A stretch of 64,000 bases of DNA from an uncultured delta proteobacterium (GTDB taxonomy: Bacteria > Desulfobacterota > Desulfomonilia > UBA1062), in NCBI GenBank assembly GCA_963785235.1, contig CAWAUM010000011.1:233724-297723 (forward strand), given 5' to 3'. The notes beneath the pieces were generated by a model. It did not search any database. It saw only the letters and a program-made list of their open reading frames with translations, and was not told the origin of the DNA. The translations under genes and the position numbers were made by a program. Below are positions 9,521-20,378 of this stretch, in pieces. Position 1 is the first letter of the stretch, and each line of letters begins with the position of its first letter.

Positions 9521-10117
9521 ATGACCAGGGAGGAGTTTGAAATATCGCTTAAGGAATTCGAGTCGCAGATCAAGAAGAAGCTCCCCTCCATGATCAACAG
9601 CTACCTCATGAATCGAGGGAACCGTGAGTTTGAAACGGCCTTCACCCATCTTGTGGAGATCCTGGGCAGACAGAGGAAGAATCTCCTGAAGGACCTGACC
9701 AGGGTGGCAAGGCTCGAACAGAAGACCCGGTACTTCAATGCCACCAATAATATGGATTCCCAGCTCAGGAGCATGGGAAACAGAGATGCCTTGAAACAAC
9801 AGACGAAATTGCGGCAGCATCGTGTCCATGCACCGCTTGTCTATGACCTCGGGGCAGGGCCTGAAGCGGGTGACCTCCTGAACGCCGATGATTTAGGCGT
9901 CTTGCTGGAGACTACGGAAAAGGTATCCATCGACCATGAGGTGAGGATAAGCCTCTCAGGGAAAAAGGCGCGCGGCAAGGCCATGTGGTCAATCCCTGAT
10001 GAGACAGGCCGCATGGAGACGGGGGTCAAACTGCTCAATCCATCTGAGGATTTCCTGGAAGAACTCAAGAAGATTATCAAGAAGCCTGCAAAAAAGCAGA
10101 AAAATCCTCATGATTGA
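9521..10117 (+). CDS. Hypothetical protein (charged and coiled N-terminus; no confident family)
   Basis: 198-aa ORF in an otherwise empty 1-kb gap with reasonable coding periodicity. It has a weak RxxR...NADDLG PilZ-like pattern that is not convincing. Confidence 0.4.
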   Translation: MTREEFEISLKEFESQIKKKLPSMINSYLMNRGNREFETAFTHLVEILGRQRKNLLKDLTRVARLEQKTRYFNATNNMDSQLRSMGNRDALKQQTKLRQHRVHAPLVYDLGAGPEAGDLLNADDLGVLLETTEKVSIDHEVRISLSGKKARGKAMWSIPDETGRMETGVKLLNPSEDFLEELKKIIKKPAKKQKNPHD

Positions 10118-10151
10118 CACCCCTACGGGTGCATAGTATTCCTTTATAAGT

Positions 10152-11357
10152 ATGAGATTCGCTATTCTCACCTTAGGATGCAAGGTCAACCAATATGAAA
10201 GCCAGCGGATCAGGCAGGGGCTTGTCACAGCAGGCCACACGGAGCAGTCCTTTGCTGAACCCGGCGCCGAGTGTTACATCATCAATACCTGTACCATCAC
10301 CCATAAGGCCGATGCTGAAACGCGCAGGGTAATCCGCAAGGCACTGAGCCTAGGCGGTAGGGTAATAGTAACAGGCTGCCAGGCTGTTGTAGATGCCAAA
10401 GGCATCAGGGAGGTCTCCGAGGCAATTGAGATAGCCACGCCGGATCATCTCTCCGAGATACTCCAGGTAGACCTGCCATCCATTATTACAGGCTTCGGCG
10501 ATCACCATCGGGCCTTTGTGAAGGTCCAGCAAGGATGTGACAAGTATTGCACGTACTGTATCGTCCCTTTTGCCAGAGGAAGGCCTGTGAGCAGGCCTTG
10601 GCAGGAGGTTGTCACTGAGGTGAGAACCCTTTATGATAAGGGTTTTCATGAGGTGGTGCTTACCGGGATCAATATCGGTCTGTATGAGGGAGGGCTTTCA
10701 AGGCTTGTGGAAAGGGTGCTTTCCCACACATCCATCCCAAGGATCAGGGTAAGCTCCATGGAACCCTGGACCGTTGAAGACGGGCTCATATCCATAATCA
10801 AGGACAACTCCAGGCTCTGCAAACACCTTCACCTGCCGTTGCAGCACGGAAGCGATTCCATTCTTCGAGTCATGGGAAGGCCGTATACGGCCTCATATTT
10901 CAGGTCACTCATAGACCGAATCAGGAATGCGCTACCTGAGGCTGCAATCGGCCTGGACGTTATCGTGGGATTCCCAGGTGAGGATGACAAATCTTTTGAG
11001 GAATCCTATAGCCTTATCGAAGACCTCTATGTAACCTATTTCCATGTCTTCCCCTTCTCGCCAAGGCAAGGCACTGCCGCCGCTCTACTGCCCGGACGCC
11101 CGGATGAGGCGGCTGTGAAGAAGAGGTCTTCCCACCTCAGGGCTTTATCCAGAGAAAAGAGGCATGCCTTTGCCTGTTCACGACAGGGCATGGTTGAGGA
11201 AGTGCTTGTCACCGGGATTTGTGAGGGGCATTTTCATGGAGTGACCTCGAATTATCTTACCGTTCAGGCCCAGGGTAGTGTAACGCCAGGAAACATTGTG
11301 AGCGTTCTTCTCAAAAGTATGGAAGGGCAAACCCTTACAGGAGAGCTCGTTGGATAA
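10152..11357 (+). CDS. mtaB: MiaB-like tRNA-modifying radical SAM methylthiotransferase (MtaB family)
   Basis: 401 aa. The N-terminus LTLGCKVNQYES is the MTTase domain. QQGCDKYCTYC is the radical-SAM CxxxCxxC. A C-terminal TRAM-like domain is present. Confidence 0.8.
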   Translation: MRFAILTLGCKVNQYESQRIRQGLVTAGHTEQSFAEPGAECYIINTCTITHKADAETRRVIRKALSLGGRVIVTGCQAVVDAKGIREVSEAIEIATPDHLSEILQVDLPSIITGFGDHHRAFVKVQQGCDKYCTYCIVPFARGRPVSRPWQEVVTEVRTLYDKGFHEVVLTGINIGLYEGGLSRLVERVLSHTSIPRIRVSSMEPWTVEDGLISIIKDNSRLCKHLHLPLQHGSDSILRVMGRPYTASYFRSLIDRIRNALPEAAIGLDVIVGFPGEDDKSFEESYSLIEDLYVTYFHVFPFSPRQGTAAALLPGRPDEAAVKKRSSHLRALSREKRHAFACSRQGMVEEVLVTGICEGHFHGVTSNYLTVQAQGSVTPGNIVSVLLKSMEGQTLTGELVG

Positions 11358-13066
11358 CAGCACCCTGGTAGATTCCTTGCTTGAGATGGCATTCGCGTTA
11401 GAGTTCCTGGAAGAGAATCCTTTCAAGGCAAAGGCATATGAGAAGGCTGCCAGATCTCTGTCCGGAATTGCCACACCCATGGAAGAACTCATCGATACAG
11501 GCGCAATAAGCCATATAGAGGGAGTCGGAAAGACCATCGCCGCAACGCTTACGGCCTGGGTGAAGGATCATGATTTTTCTGCATTGAAAGATCTGCAAGC
11601 CAGGCTGCCAGGTGGATTCGATGAATTGATAAAGGTGCCGGGGCTCGGGATGAAGAGGCTGAAGCTCCTGTCTAAGGAGCTTAACATCTCTACACTTGAT
11701 GAGCTTCTTGAGGCAATAAATACGAGCAGGCTTTCATCCGTTAAGGGTTTCTCCGATAAAAGCATTGCCAAGCTCAGAGGCTCTGTGCAGGCTATCCTCG
11801 ATTACCGGGGATGGTTTCTGCTTGATGCCGGGTGGGACTGGGCAGCAACTTATATATCACTCCTTAAGGATAGCGGACTTAATGTGCAGGTCAGTGGTGT
11901 CTGCCGCAGGTCCATGGAGATTATCTCTGCCATCGACCTCCTCGTAGAAGATGGCCCCGGTATGCATGACGCACTTGTTCAGTGCATTACCGGCATCCCT
12001 GATATGCAGCTTGTCCACGATGGGGCCGTACTTGTGGCGACATATCCCGGCAAGCCCCCTGCAAGGATCCACACCGTATCTCAGGCCTTGGTTGTACCTG
12101 CCCTGTTTATCACAACCGGCTCGGATGCCCATGTGGAAATGGTGAACAGGCACGGGGCGCTGCGATCCGTCCGGGTCAGCTATGAAGGGGTCTTTAAAGA
12201 CGAGGTGCTTGTGCCTATTCAAGCCGAATGGGAGATTTATGATCTGTTCGGCATGCACTACCTCCCACCCGAGGTAAGGGAGGGCAGGCCCATGGAGATG
12301 GACCTTGCCTTGAACTGCAGTGTGCCTGAGCTTATTGTGCAAGAAGACCTGAAAGGTATCATCCATGTCCATTCCACCTATAGCGACGGCAAGGCTACGT
12401 CTGGCCGACATGGTGCAGGGCGCTCATGAGAGAGGTTATTCCTGGATAGGCATCTCTGATCACAGCAAGAGCGCCTATTATGCAGGTGGATTGAGCGTGA
12501 AGGACCTGAAGCGGCAGTTCGAGGAAATCCATGAGCTCTCCCACATATTCCCTGATATGACGATCTTCAAGGGGATCGAATCCGATATCCTGCCCGACGG
12601 CTCACTGGATTATCCTCAGGCCGTGCTCAAACAATTCGATTTTGTCATTGCCAGCATCCATTCCCACATGGATATGGACAGATCGACCATGACAGAGCGT
12701 ATCATAAAGGCCATCCGCAATCCCTTTACCACCATACTTGGCCACCCCACAGGCAGGGTACTGCTTGCCCGCAGGCCCTATGAGGTGGATATGGCCGCAG
12801 TTCTGGCAGAGGCGGCAGGCCTTGGTGTCATAGTGGAGCTCAATGCCAACCCCTTAAGGCTCGACCTGGACTGGCGACTTATGCCGGACTTCACTGCAAA
12901 GGGAGGGCGTGTTGTCATAGCACCTGATGCCCATAGCGTTTCCGGGCTTGATGATATGCGTTATGGCCTGGCCATTGCCAGGAAAGGCCTGCTCTTAAGG
13001 GACTCCTGCATGAATGCACTCAGTGCCCGGGAAGCGAGGGAGGCGTTTAAAATCAGGTGGTCATAG
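11350..13066 (+). CDS. polX: DNA polymerase X family protein with C-terminal PHP domain (one apparent frameshift near 12390)
   Basis: ORF1 (11350-12429) has Pol-beta-like HhH and nucleotidyltransferase domains and ends in HVHSTYSDG, the start of the PHP domain. ORF2 (12365-13066) continues the PHP domain in another frame (ADMVQGAHERGYSWIGISDHS...). Confidence 0.8.
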
Positions 13067-13094
13067 AGTGCGCCGGTGTTTCTTACTGCTATGA

Positions 13095-13963
13095 GGTCGC
13101 GCTGGCGATGAATGGGCGCTTGTTGATATGGACCTGAAGATCGGCCAGGGTGAAAAGGTCGTCATCGCAGGGCCGGCAGGATCAGGAAAGACCACCCTGC
13201 TGCAACTGCTGGATGCACTGATCCTGCCCACCAAAGGAGACATCCTCTATGACGGTATCAGTGTGCGTACACTCGCCAGGAAGAAGGGCCTTACAATGGT
13301 GCGCAGGCGTATGGGGGTCCTATTCCAGTTCCCTGAAGACCAGTTTTTCCAGGAGACTGCTTATGACGAGCTTGTCTTTGCCATGAGGAATTTTTATCGA
13401 CCTCACAAGGGGAGTTGGAAGAAAGGGCATACCATGTCACTGCGGGTTTCGGCCTTGAGCTTGAGCGGCTCAAAAACACGTCGCCATTTCGTTTGAGCTC
13501 AGGAGAGAAGCGAAAACTCGCCTTAGCATCCGCCCTCATGATAGGCCCTGAGATATTGATGCTGGATGAACCCACAGCAGGCCTCGATGCCTCAGGCAGG
13601 CGCGAACTTACGGGTATGATATCTTCACTTGCGGATACAACCGTCATCATTGTCACCCACAACCAGGAGGATTTCCTCTCTCTGAATGATCGTTTTATCG
13701 GTATCACTTCAGGCAGAAAGGTCATTGATGTGAGGAAGGAGGAACTTCTTGATAAGATCGAGGCCATGGATGCCTCCGGTATCGATGCCCCGCTTGTACT
13801 CCTGGTCCAGCACTGGCTAAAACGCTCAGGCCTTGCATTGGATCATACCTTTTATGAAATGGATGAACTCATTGGCTTTCTCAGGGAAAAAAGTGCTCAT
13901 GAAAAGTGCTTTAAGGAAGCCAATCATCCTCTACTTGTCGTTACCCTTTTGTGTATTGACTAA
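13095..13963 (+). CDS. ABC transporter ATP-binding protein, ECF/cobalt (EcfA/CbiO-like), with apparent frameshift(s) near 13420-13490 and an uncertain start
   Basis: It has Walker A (GPAGSGKTT), Q-loop (FQFPEDQ), ABC signature (LSSGEKRKLALA), Walker B (LMLDEPTAGLD) and H-loop (VTHN). The first half is in ORF 13128-13496 and the second half in ORF 13415-13963. Confidence 0.7.
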
Positions 13964-13992
13964 TACCACCTTCAGTCTTAATCTATTGTTTC

Positions 13993-14524
13993 ATGGAGGA
14001 TACACCCATGTCGAGCTTTGTTGAAATGAAGGTGGCAGGCATTGCGCTTGACCCCACCAACAATGCCCCCATCGTGGTCCTGCGTGACCTTGATGGCAAG
14101 TTCATCCTCCCCATCTGGATCGGCATTATGGAGGCAAGCGCCATAGCTTCAGCACTTGAAGGGGTTCAGTATTCAAGGCCCATGACCCATGATCTTTTCA
14201 GGTCTTTCATCGAAACGTTAGGCGCCACCATTGAAAAGATAGAGGTAGTTGATATCAGGGACAATGTATTCTATGCACTTATCACCATCATCCATGGCGG
14301 AAACCGTCTTACCATTGATGCGAGGCCATCGGATGCCATAGCCATAGCGCTTCGCACCAAGTCCGCCATCTTTGTGGCAAGTCATGTGATAAAAGACGCC
14401 ATCCACCTGGACTCCAAGAGCAAGTGCCGGCAAGGTCATGGTGGGGTTCGAGCAGGATACCGAGAAGCTCAAGGAGATCCTTGAGAAGATGAATCCGGAG
14501 GACTTCGGTAAGTTCAAGGCTTAG
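13993..14524 (+). CDS. Bifunctional nuclease (DUF151) family protein, apparent frameshift near 14415
   Basis: The core IWIGIMEASAIASALEG...RPSDAIAIALR is the BFN domain. The listed ORF ends in nonsense. The conserved tail EKLKEILEKMNPEDFGKFKA is read in the +1 frame to the stop at 14522-14524. Confidence 0.7.
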
Positions 14525-14582
14525 CCTCTTTCGGCATTTTGTATTGATAGACTTGGCTGCATCGTGTATTTCCCATTGATAT

Positions 14583-16898
14583 ATGCATGCCCATGACTCT
14601 GCTCATCAAAAGGCGAAAAAGATCAGCAAGGCCATCTTCGAGACCATTGTCGAGATGGCATATGAGGGCATCTTTGTATATCAGGGTCGCCGGTTTTTCT
14701 ATGTAAACACCGCATTTGAGCGCATGCTTGGATATTCTGCCGAGGAACTCGATGAAATGGGTTTCAAGGATGTATTGGATGCAAGCTCTTCCGCCCTTAT
14801 GGAACAGCGTTATCTTGCCCTGATCAGGGGTGAGGATATCCGCCCAAGGCGCGTGGACGTGATCTTCCGGACCAGGACCGGACATGAACGCATCATCTCG
14901 CTGTCCACATCGGCCATCACCCTGGTCGGCGGTATCAGGGCCACCCTGAATATCGCCCGCGACATCACCAGGCGCAAAGGTATGGAAAACAGCCTGGAGT
15001 CAACGAACAAATTTCTGGCCGGTCTCATTGCAAGTTCATCCGATGCCATCGTTGCCTCTGACCTGAAGGGAAGGGCACTAATCTTTAACAAGGCAGCCGA
15101 GGAGATCACGGGGTATAGCGCCGAGGACATGCTCAACCACAAAACCAACATAGCCGATTTCATGGTGCCGGGCGAGCGTGACCGGATCCTGGCCATCCTG
15201 GATGAGGGCACCGAGGAGGTCCCCAGGTGGGTCGTGGGCGAAGAGACCTCAATCTACCACAAGGACGGTACACTCGTCCCCATATCGATTTCCGTGTCCT
15301 ATCTGTATTCCGAAGAGAAACCCGTCGCAGCCATCAGCGTCTTCCGCGACCTCAGGCCCTTGAAGAAGGTGGAGAATAAGCTCCGGGAGTCGGTGCAGAA
15401 ATACCAGATGCTTGTGGAAAAGACCGCCGACGGTATCTTTGTCTACCAGGATCATTGCTTCAAATACACCAATCCTGCGTTCAGGGAGTTGCTTGGTTAT
15501 AATGAAGAGGAACTCCTGCACAAGGGTCTCAAAGATATCGTGAGGCCGGAGCTGGCCGGGATGATCGAGGCGCGTTATACCAAACGAATCCAGGGTGAAA
15601 AGGTGCCGGACCAGTACGAGATTGCCCTGTGCAGCAAAGACGGCAACTGGCGCGCCTTTGAGATCACTCCTTCGGTCATCGAGTATGAAGGCGGACTTGC
15701 GACCCAGAATGTAATAAGGGACATAACCCAAAAGAGAGAGGCCCAGAAGGCGCTTCGTGCCAGTGAGTCCAAGTACCGAGCCACCGTGGAGCATACCGGC
15801 ACGGCCATGATGATCCTGAATGAAGACTACACGATAACCTTTGCGAATAACCAGCTGGAAAAGCTCAGCGGTTACACCAAGGAGGAGATCGAAGGTAAGA
15901 TGCACTGGACCGATGTGGTGCATCCCGATGACGTGGAACGCATGAAGGGCTACCACATGGCCAGGAGGCAAGGGGATAAGGATGCTCCATCCCAGTATGA
16001 GTTCCGGTTCATAGACAAGGCAGGCAATGTCAGGGACTCCTTCCTCACCATAGGCATGATACCCGGCACCAGGCAGAGCATTGTCTCCATCATGGACATT
16101 ACCCAGATCAAGCAGATGCAGCGCGAGCTGGAGCAGACAAGGAAGATGGCCATCTTAGGCGAGATGTCCGCCCATGTGGCCCATGAGGTAAGAAACCCGC
16201 TGCAGAAGATTAAGACCGGTGTCGAGCTGCTGTCCAACTCATTATCGGTGGATGAGCGGCAGCGCAGACAACTCGACGGAGTGAAGCACGGGGTGGACAA
16301 CCTGGAAAAGTTCGTCACCCAGATCCTCGAATGGACGCGCTCGGGTGAACTCAGGCCCAGGCCTCACCGCATCAGCAATATCATTGATGGCCTGCTGTTC
16401 AACATTGAGGACGCCTTCAGTCTAAAAGAGGTTAAGGTCCAGACCTTCTATGACCCGGATGCCGACATTGTTGTCGTGGACGGCATCCAGCTCCGGCAGG
16501 TCTTTGGAAACATCATAGATAACGCCCTGGATGCCATGCCCCATGGAGGGTCGTTGAAAATCTCCTCAACCTTCGTTCCCAGGCACCCCTTTGCGGCAGG
16601 GAAAGAGGTTGTTGTCCTTGATGCCTCTGAGATACGCATTGAAGATACCGGCAGCGGCATTGCCAAGGAAGACCTGGAACGTATATTCCAGCCTTTCTTT
16701 ACAAAGAAGGCCAAGGGAACCGGGCTTGGTCTTGCCCTGGTGAAGAAGGTCATTGACATGCACCACGGCGAGGTTGAGGCCTTAAGCGCCAAAGGCAAGG
16801 GCTCTGAGTTTATTATCAGGATCCCCTGTGAAAAGGGTGGTTCCTTGCGGGCTTCAGACAGCCGGACAGTCGGGGCCCATAAAAAACACAAAGGCTAA
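14583..16898 (+). CDS. Multi-PAS sensor histidine kinase (cytoplasmic)
   Basis: 771 aa with several PAS/PAC modules. The H-box is HEVRNPLQ, and the C-terminal HATPase_c has G-boxes (DTGSGIAKEDLERIFQPFFT, GTGLGLALVKKVID). Confidence 0.85.
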   Translation: MHAHDSAHQKAKKISKAIFETIVEMAYEGIFVYQGRRFFYVNTAFERMLGYSAEELDEMGFKDVLDASSSALMEQRYLALIRGEDIRPRRVDVIFRTRTGHERIISLSTSAITLVGGIRATLNIARDITRRKGMENSLESTNKFLAGLIASSSDAIVASDLKGRALIFNKAAEEITGYSAEDMLNHKTNIADFMVPGERDRILAILDEGTEEVPRWVVGEETSIYHKDGTLVPISISVSYLYSEEKPVAAISVFRDLRPLKKVENKLRESVQKYQMLVEKTADGIFVYQDHCFKYTNPAFRELLGYNEEELLHKGLKDIVRPELAGMIEARYTKRIQGEKVPDQYEIALCSKDGNWRAFEITPSVIEYEGGLATQNVIRDITQKREAQKALRASESKYRATVEHTGTAMMILNEDYTITFANNQLEKLSGYTKEEIEGKMHWTDVVHPDDVERMKGYHMARRQGDKDAPSQYEFRFIDKAGNVRDSFLTIGMIPGTRQSIVSIMDITQIKQMQRELEQTRKMAILGEMSAHVAHEVRNPLQKIKTGVELLSNSLSVDERQRRQLDGVKHGVDNLEKFVTQILEWTRSGELRPRPHRISNIIDGLLFNIEDAFSLKEVKVQTFYDPDADIVVVDGIQLRQVFGNIIDNALDAMPHGGSLKISSTFVPRHPFAAGKEVVVLDASEIRIEDTGSGIAKEDLERIFQPFFTKKAKGTGLGLALVKKVIDMHHGEVEALSAKGKGSEFIIRIPCEKGGSLRASDSRTVGAHKKHKG

Positions 16899-16906
16899 GG
16901 AGACGC

Positions 16907-18350
16907 GTGGAAGATAAAAAAAAGGTCCTGCTCGTGGATGATGAAGAGGTATTTCTTGAACAACTCAAGGACGCCCTTGAAAACTCGAGCCTTGACCTCC
17001 AGATAGATACCGCATCCGACGGTGTGGAGGCCCTGGAGAAGATAGAGGCGAATCACCATGACATCGTCATCACGGACGTCAAGATGCCCAGGATGGACGG
17101 GTATAGCCTCCTGAAAGAGATCCAGAACCGCTTCCCGTCCACCTATGTTGTGGTGATCACCGCATTCGGGAGCATATCCGGGGCGGTTGAGGCCATTAAG
17201 TACGGGGCGTATGACTTCCTGGAAAAACCTTTCAACATGGACTCGCTTGAGATATCGCTGACCAAGATCCTCAGGCAGCACGAGATCCTCAAAGAAAATA
17301 TCGTCCTCAAGGGTCAGATCCAGCAGCACACCGAGGGGCTGGACCAGCTTGTGGGGTCCCATCCCAAGATGCAGAGGCTCTATGAGCAGATACTGACCGC
17401 CTCAGAGACGGACCTCACCGTGCTCATTTTAGGTGAGACCGGCACCGGAAAGGAGCTCATCGCCCGTTCCATCCACTCCAGGAGTGACAGACGCTCCAAG
17501 CCCTTTGTGGTGATCAACTGCGCCGCCATACCCGAGAACCTTCTGGAATCGGAATTCTTCGGCCACGAGAAGGGGGCCTTCAGCGGCGCCATTTCCCAGA
17601 GGATAGGCAAGTTCGAAAAGGCCCATACCGGCACGCTCTTCCTCGATGAGATAGGCGACATCCCGCTGGACCTCCAGGCCAAGATCCTGCGCGTGATAGA
17701 AGACCACAAGATCACGCGCATCGGCAGCAACCGCGAGGTGGAGCTGGACTTCCGGGTGATCTGCGCCACGAACCGGCCCATCCAGGACATGATCAAGAAG
17801 GAGCTTTTCAGGGAAGACCTCTACTACCGCATCAGCGTTTTCCCCATCATCGTTCCGCCTCTGCGGGATCGGAAGGAAGATATCTCGCTGCTCTCCGGCC
17901 ATTTTATCGCCAAGAATCTCAAGAGGCTCAACTCCAGTGTAAAGGGGATCTCGCCAAAGGCCATGGATCAGCTTACCGCATATCCGTGGCCGGGCAATGT
18001 CCGGGAGCTGGAGAACAGTATCCAGCACGCCATGGTCTCTACCCGCGCCGAGCTCATCACCGGATTCTCCGAACTGCGCAATGTCGCGGTGGGCACACAG
18101 GCCAGCGCCGCCCATATCCATGACAGAGGAGCCCACCATATGGGTGGAGGCAGGCGAAGGGAACGACTATCATACCATCAAGCAGACCCTGCTTGAGCAG
18201 TTCGAACGGAAGTATCTTGCCCACCTGCTGGATAAGCACGGCGGCGTCATTGCCGAGGCGGCCAGGGAGTCGGGCCTGAATTACAAGACATTCTACCTGA
18301 AGGTGGAGAAGTATCAGCTCACCAGGAAGAGAGAAAGAATACCGCAGTGA
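16907..18350 (+). CDS. Sigma-54-dependent response regulator (NtrC family), apparent frameshift near 18100-18140
   Basis: It has a REC domain (LLVDDEEVF...ITDVKMPRMDGY) and an AAA+ sigma-54 activator domain (GETGTGKELIARSIH, ESEFFGHEKGAFSGA). The Fis-type HTH (LLDKHGGVIAEAARESGLNYKTFYLK) lies in ORF 17997-18350 in another frame. Confidence 0.85.
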
Positions 18351-18565
18351 TGCCAGAAAAATAGTATACACAAGATCGAGAAGTACCTTTTAATCTGGAG
18401 GTTGCAGTTGAAAGTGCCCATGAGCACTCCATGCCCTTCGTGAGCGGCTTAAGCATAAGACTCATGGTGGTGATCTATAATATTTTAACGGATTAAGTTT
18501 TAACACATCCTGAATGCAAAATCCGGGTTATTGTTGTCTCCCGGAGACAACATACCCACAAAGCT

Positions 18566-18600
18566 CTTGACAGACATACCCTGCCCATATATTAAGATTC
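18566..18600 (+). promoter_or_regulatory. Candidate sigma-70 promoter of rpsT (TTGACA with a spaced TATATT/TATTAA); an AAGGAGG RBS lies at about 18621
   Basis: The sequence cTTGACAgacataccctgcccaTATATTaagat lies about 40 nt upstream of the rpsT ATG. A GTTGTCTCCcGGAGACAAC hairpin sits just upstream. Confidence 0.4.
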
Positions 18601-18637
18601 ACTTCGTAGCAGTGATACTAAGGAGGATACAGAGTTA

Positions 18638-18904
18638 ATGGCTAACCATGCTTCAGCCCTGAAGAGACAGCGCCAGAGTGAAAAACGGCGTTCAAGGAAT
18701 AGAGGTCACAAGTCCGCTATTAATACGACCGTCAAGAAGGTTCTCACTTCTATAAGCGCCAAAGAATCTGATAAGGCACGTGAATTATCCCGTGAGGCAG
18801 TGGCCCTAATGGACAGCGCCGTTACCAAGGGTGTGCTGCACAGGAAGACCGCTTCCCGGAAGATCTCACGCCTCACCAAGATGGTGAACGCCCAGGTTTC
18901 TTAA
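18638..18904 (+). CDS. rpsT: 30S ribosomal protein S20
   Basis: 88 aa. The N-terminus MANHASALKRQRQSEKRRSRNR is the bS20 signature. Confidence 0.9.
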   Translation: MANHASALKRQRQSEKRRSRNRGHKSAINTTVKKVLTSISAKESDKARELSREAVALMDSAVTKGVLHRKTASRKISRLTKMVNAQVS

Positions 18905-18907
18905 GGC

Positions 18908-19905
18908 TTAAGGCCTGCCGGATATCCTTCCCTCATTCCTGGGGGAAAGCACAAGCCGCCCGATCAATTCGGTCAGGGCCGCATATACGTGTATCAGTGA
19001 GCTCGATTTTATCTGTTGTTCTATCCCGCGGACATCTTTAAGCAGAGTGGTAAGTTGCGCAATGCTCCATGAGGACTTGCGCCTCATGGCCTTGTCTGCC
19101 ACGAAGTCGTGGATCTTCATCTTCTTCCAGTCGTGTGCCGGAAAGCACTACATAGTGGGTGATGATCTGGTTTTCTATCCTGCTGATTATCTCCAGCTCG
19201 GCGACACCTGAGAGCTCAAGTTCATAGAGGCGTGACAGGGCATCCTTTTTCCGGTCGAACAGCGCATCAAGGAATGCAAATATTACGGGTTCATGCGTGC
19301 GCATGACTGCCTCATGAACATCCTTGCCGGTTATGGAGGGGCTCTGGTGGGCGTACAGGCACAGTTTCTGAATCTCGCTGTCCAGATACCACATGCTGCT
19401 TCCCCCGGTCATGTCGGCAAGCAGCACGGCAGCATCCCTGTCAATCTTCTTCCCATGCAGCGGCGTCCTTTCCATGATCCAGTTGATTCGCTCGCCCCTG
19501 TTCTTGATGGACTCGAAACGGACTATCTCAGCCTTGCCATCGAATTTCTTGATAAGCTTGTTCAGTTCCTTATCCGTCTTCTCAATCTCCATGAATCAGG
19601 ATGAAGGTTGTGATTTCGCATGGATTATCAAGGTAGAGTATCACCTGGTCCAGCTGCTTGGCAGAAAGCTTCTGGCCGTTTTTGATGATGACGACCCTTT
19701 GCTCAGACAGGAAGGGCATGGTGTTGCACAGGCTTATGATCTCATTCATACTCAGGTCTTCTTCAGCGTTGAAGGTAGCCCAGTTCATGGATATGTTCTC
19801 GCCCAGCTGTTGTTTTAATCTTACGAGCTCCTCCTCAACAAGGAACGTCTCCTGGGCTATGAAAACGGAATTGGAAAGCGGGCTTTGAGGTTTCTTTGTG
19901 CTCAT
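18908..19905 (-). CDS. holA: DNA polymerase III delta subunit HolA (split into three ORFs by two apparent frameshifts)
   Basis: The N-terminal piece (19582-19905), middle piece (19038-19592) and C-terminal piece (18908-19120) together reconstruct a delta subunit of about 330 aa. Its position after leuS-lptE matches the conserved leuS-lptE-holA synteny. Confidence 0.7.
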
Positions 19906-20378
19906 AGCTGCAGTACTGCAACGGCCCGGGCGATCTGCAGGGAGACCTGTCTGCAGGCCTCATCCAGGGCATCTTCGTCCTGGCCTCCTTCTGAGAAGGT
20001 CCCGGTATCGGAAAAGGTTGCCTGCCAGAGGGACTTACCCGAGGTATCGCTTAAGTTTGCAAGCACACTGATGGTAAGCCGGTAACGGTTCCCGCTCTTG
20101 AGTGAGTTGGAGGTGATGGTCTCGCGGGATGAAGATACCATGGAGCATGTGAGTCTGTATTTTGCGTCTTTGTTTGATATCATGCCCATGGAGGCGAATG
20201 ACTGCTCCAGGAATGAGTCCAGCACAATGGCGGCCTCACGAAGATGGGTCTTGTTCGTGCTCGGGTCCAGGGCGATCTTTCTGCCGCCCTCGGCCCCTTC
20301 CGGCAAAAATCCGTATCTGCAGGAGATAAGGCTACTTGCCAGCAGCAACAATAATATTAATGATCTTGTTCGGGACAT
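19902..20378 (-). CDS. lptE: LPS-assembly lipoprotein LptE-like
   Basis: 158 aa with a lipoprotein signal ([10 protein letters not shown]). It sits between leuS and holA as in Proteobacteria. The call is by position, lipobox and size only. Confidence 0.5.
   Translation of the reverse strand: MSRTRSLILLLLLASSLISCRYGFLPEGAEGGRKIALDPSTNKTHLREAAIVLDSFLEQSFASMGMISNKDAKYRLTCSMVSSSRETITSNSLKSGNRYRLTISVLANLSDTSGKSLWQATFSDTGTFSEGGQDEDALDEACRQVSLQIARAVAVLQL

Noticed and set aside
14810-15971. Long antisense ORFs inside the multi-PAS kinase gene (14810-15211 and 15249-15971, minus strand)
   Set aside because: They lie entirely within a well-supported + strand kinase gene and have no recognisable motifs. 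They are typical shadow ORFs of a GC-rich coding region.
17429-18139. 236-aa minus-strand ORF antisense to the sigma-54 activator
   Set aside because: It is a shadow ORF. The + strand product has unmistakable AAA+ and sigma-54 activator motifs.
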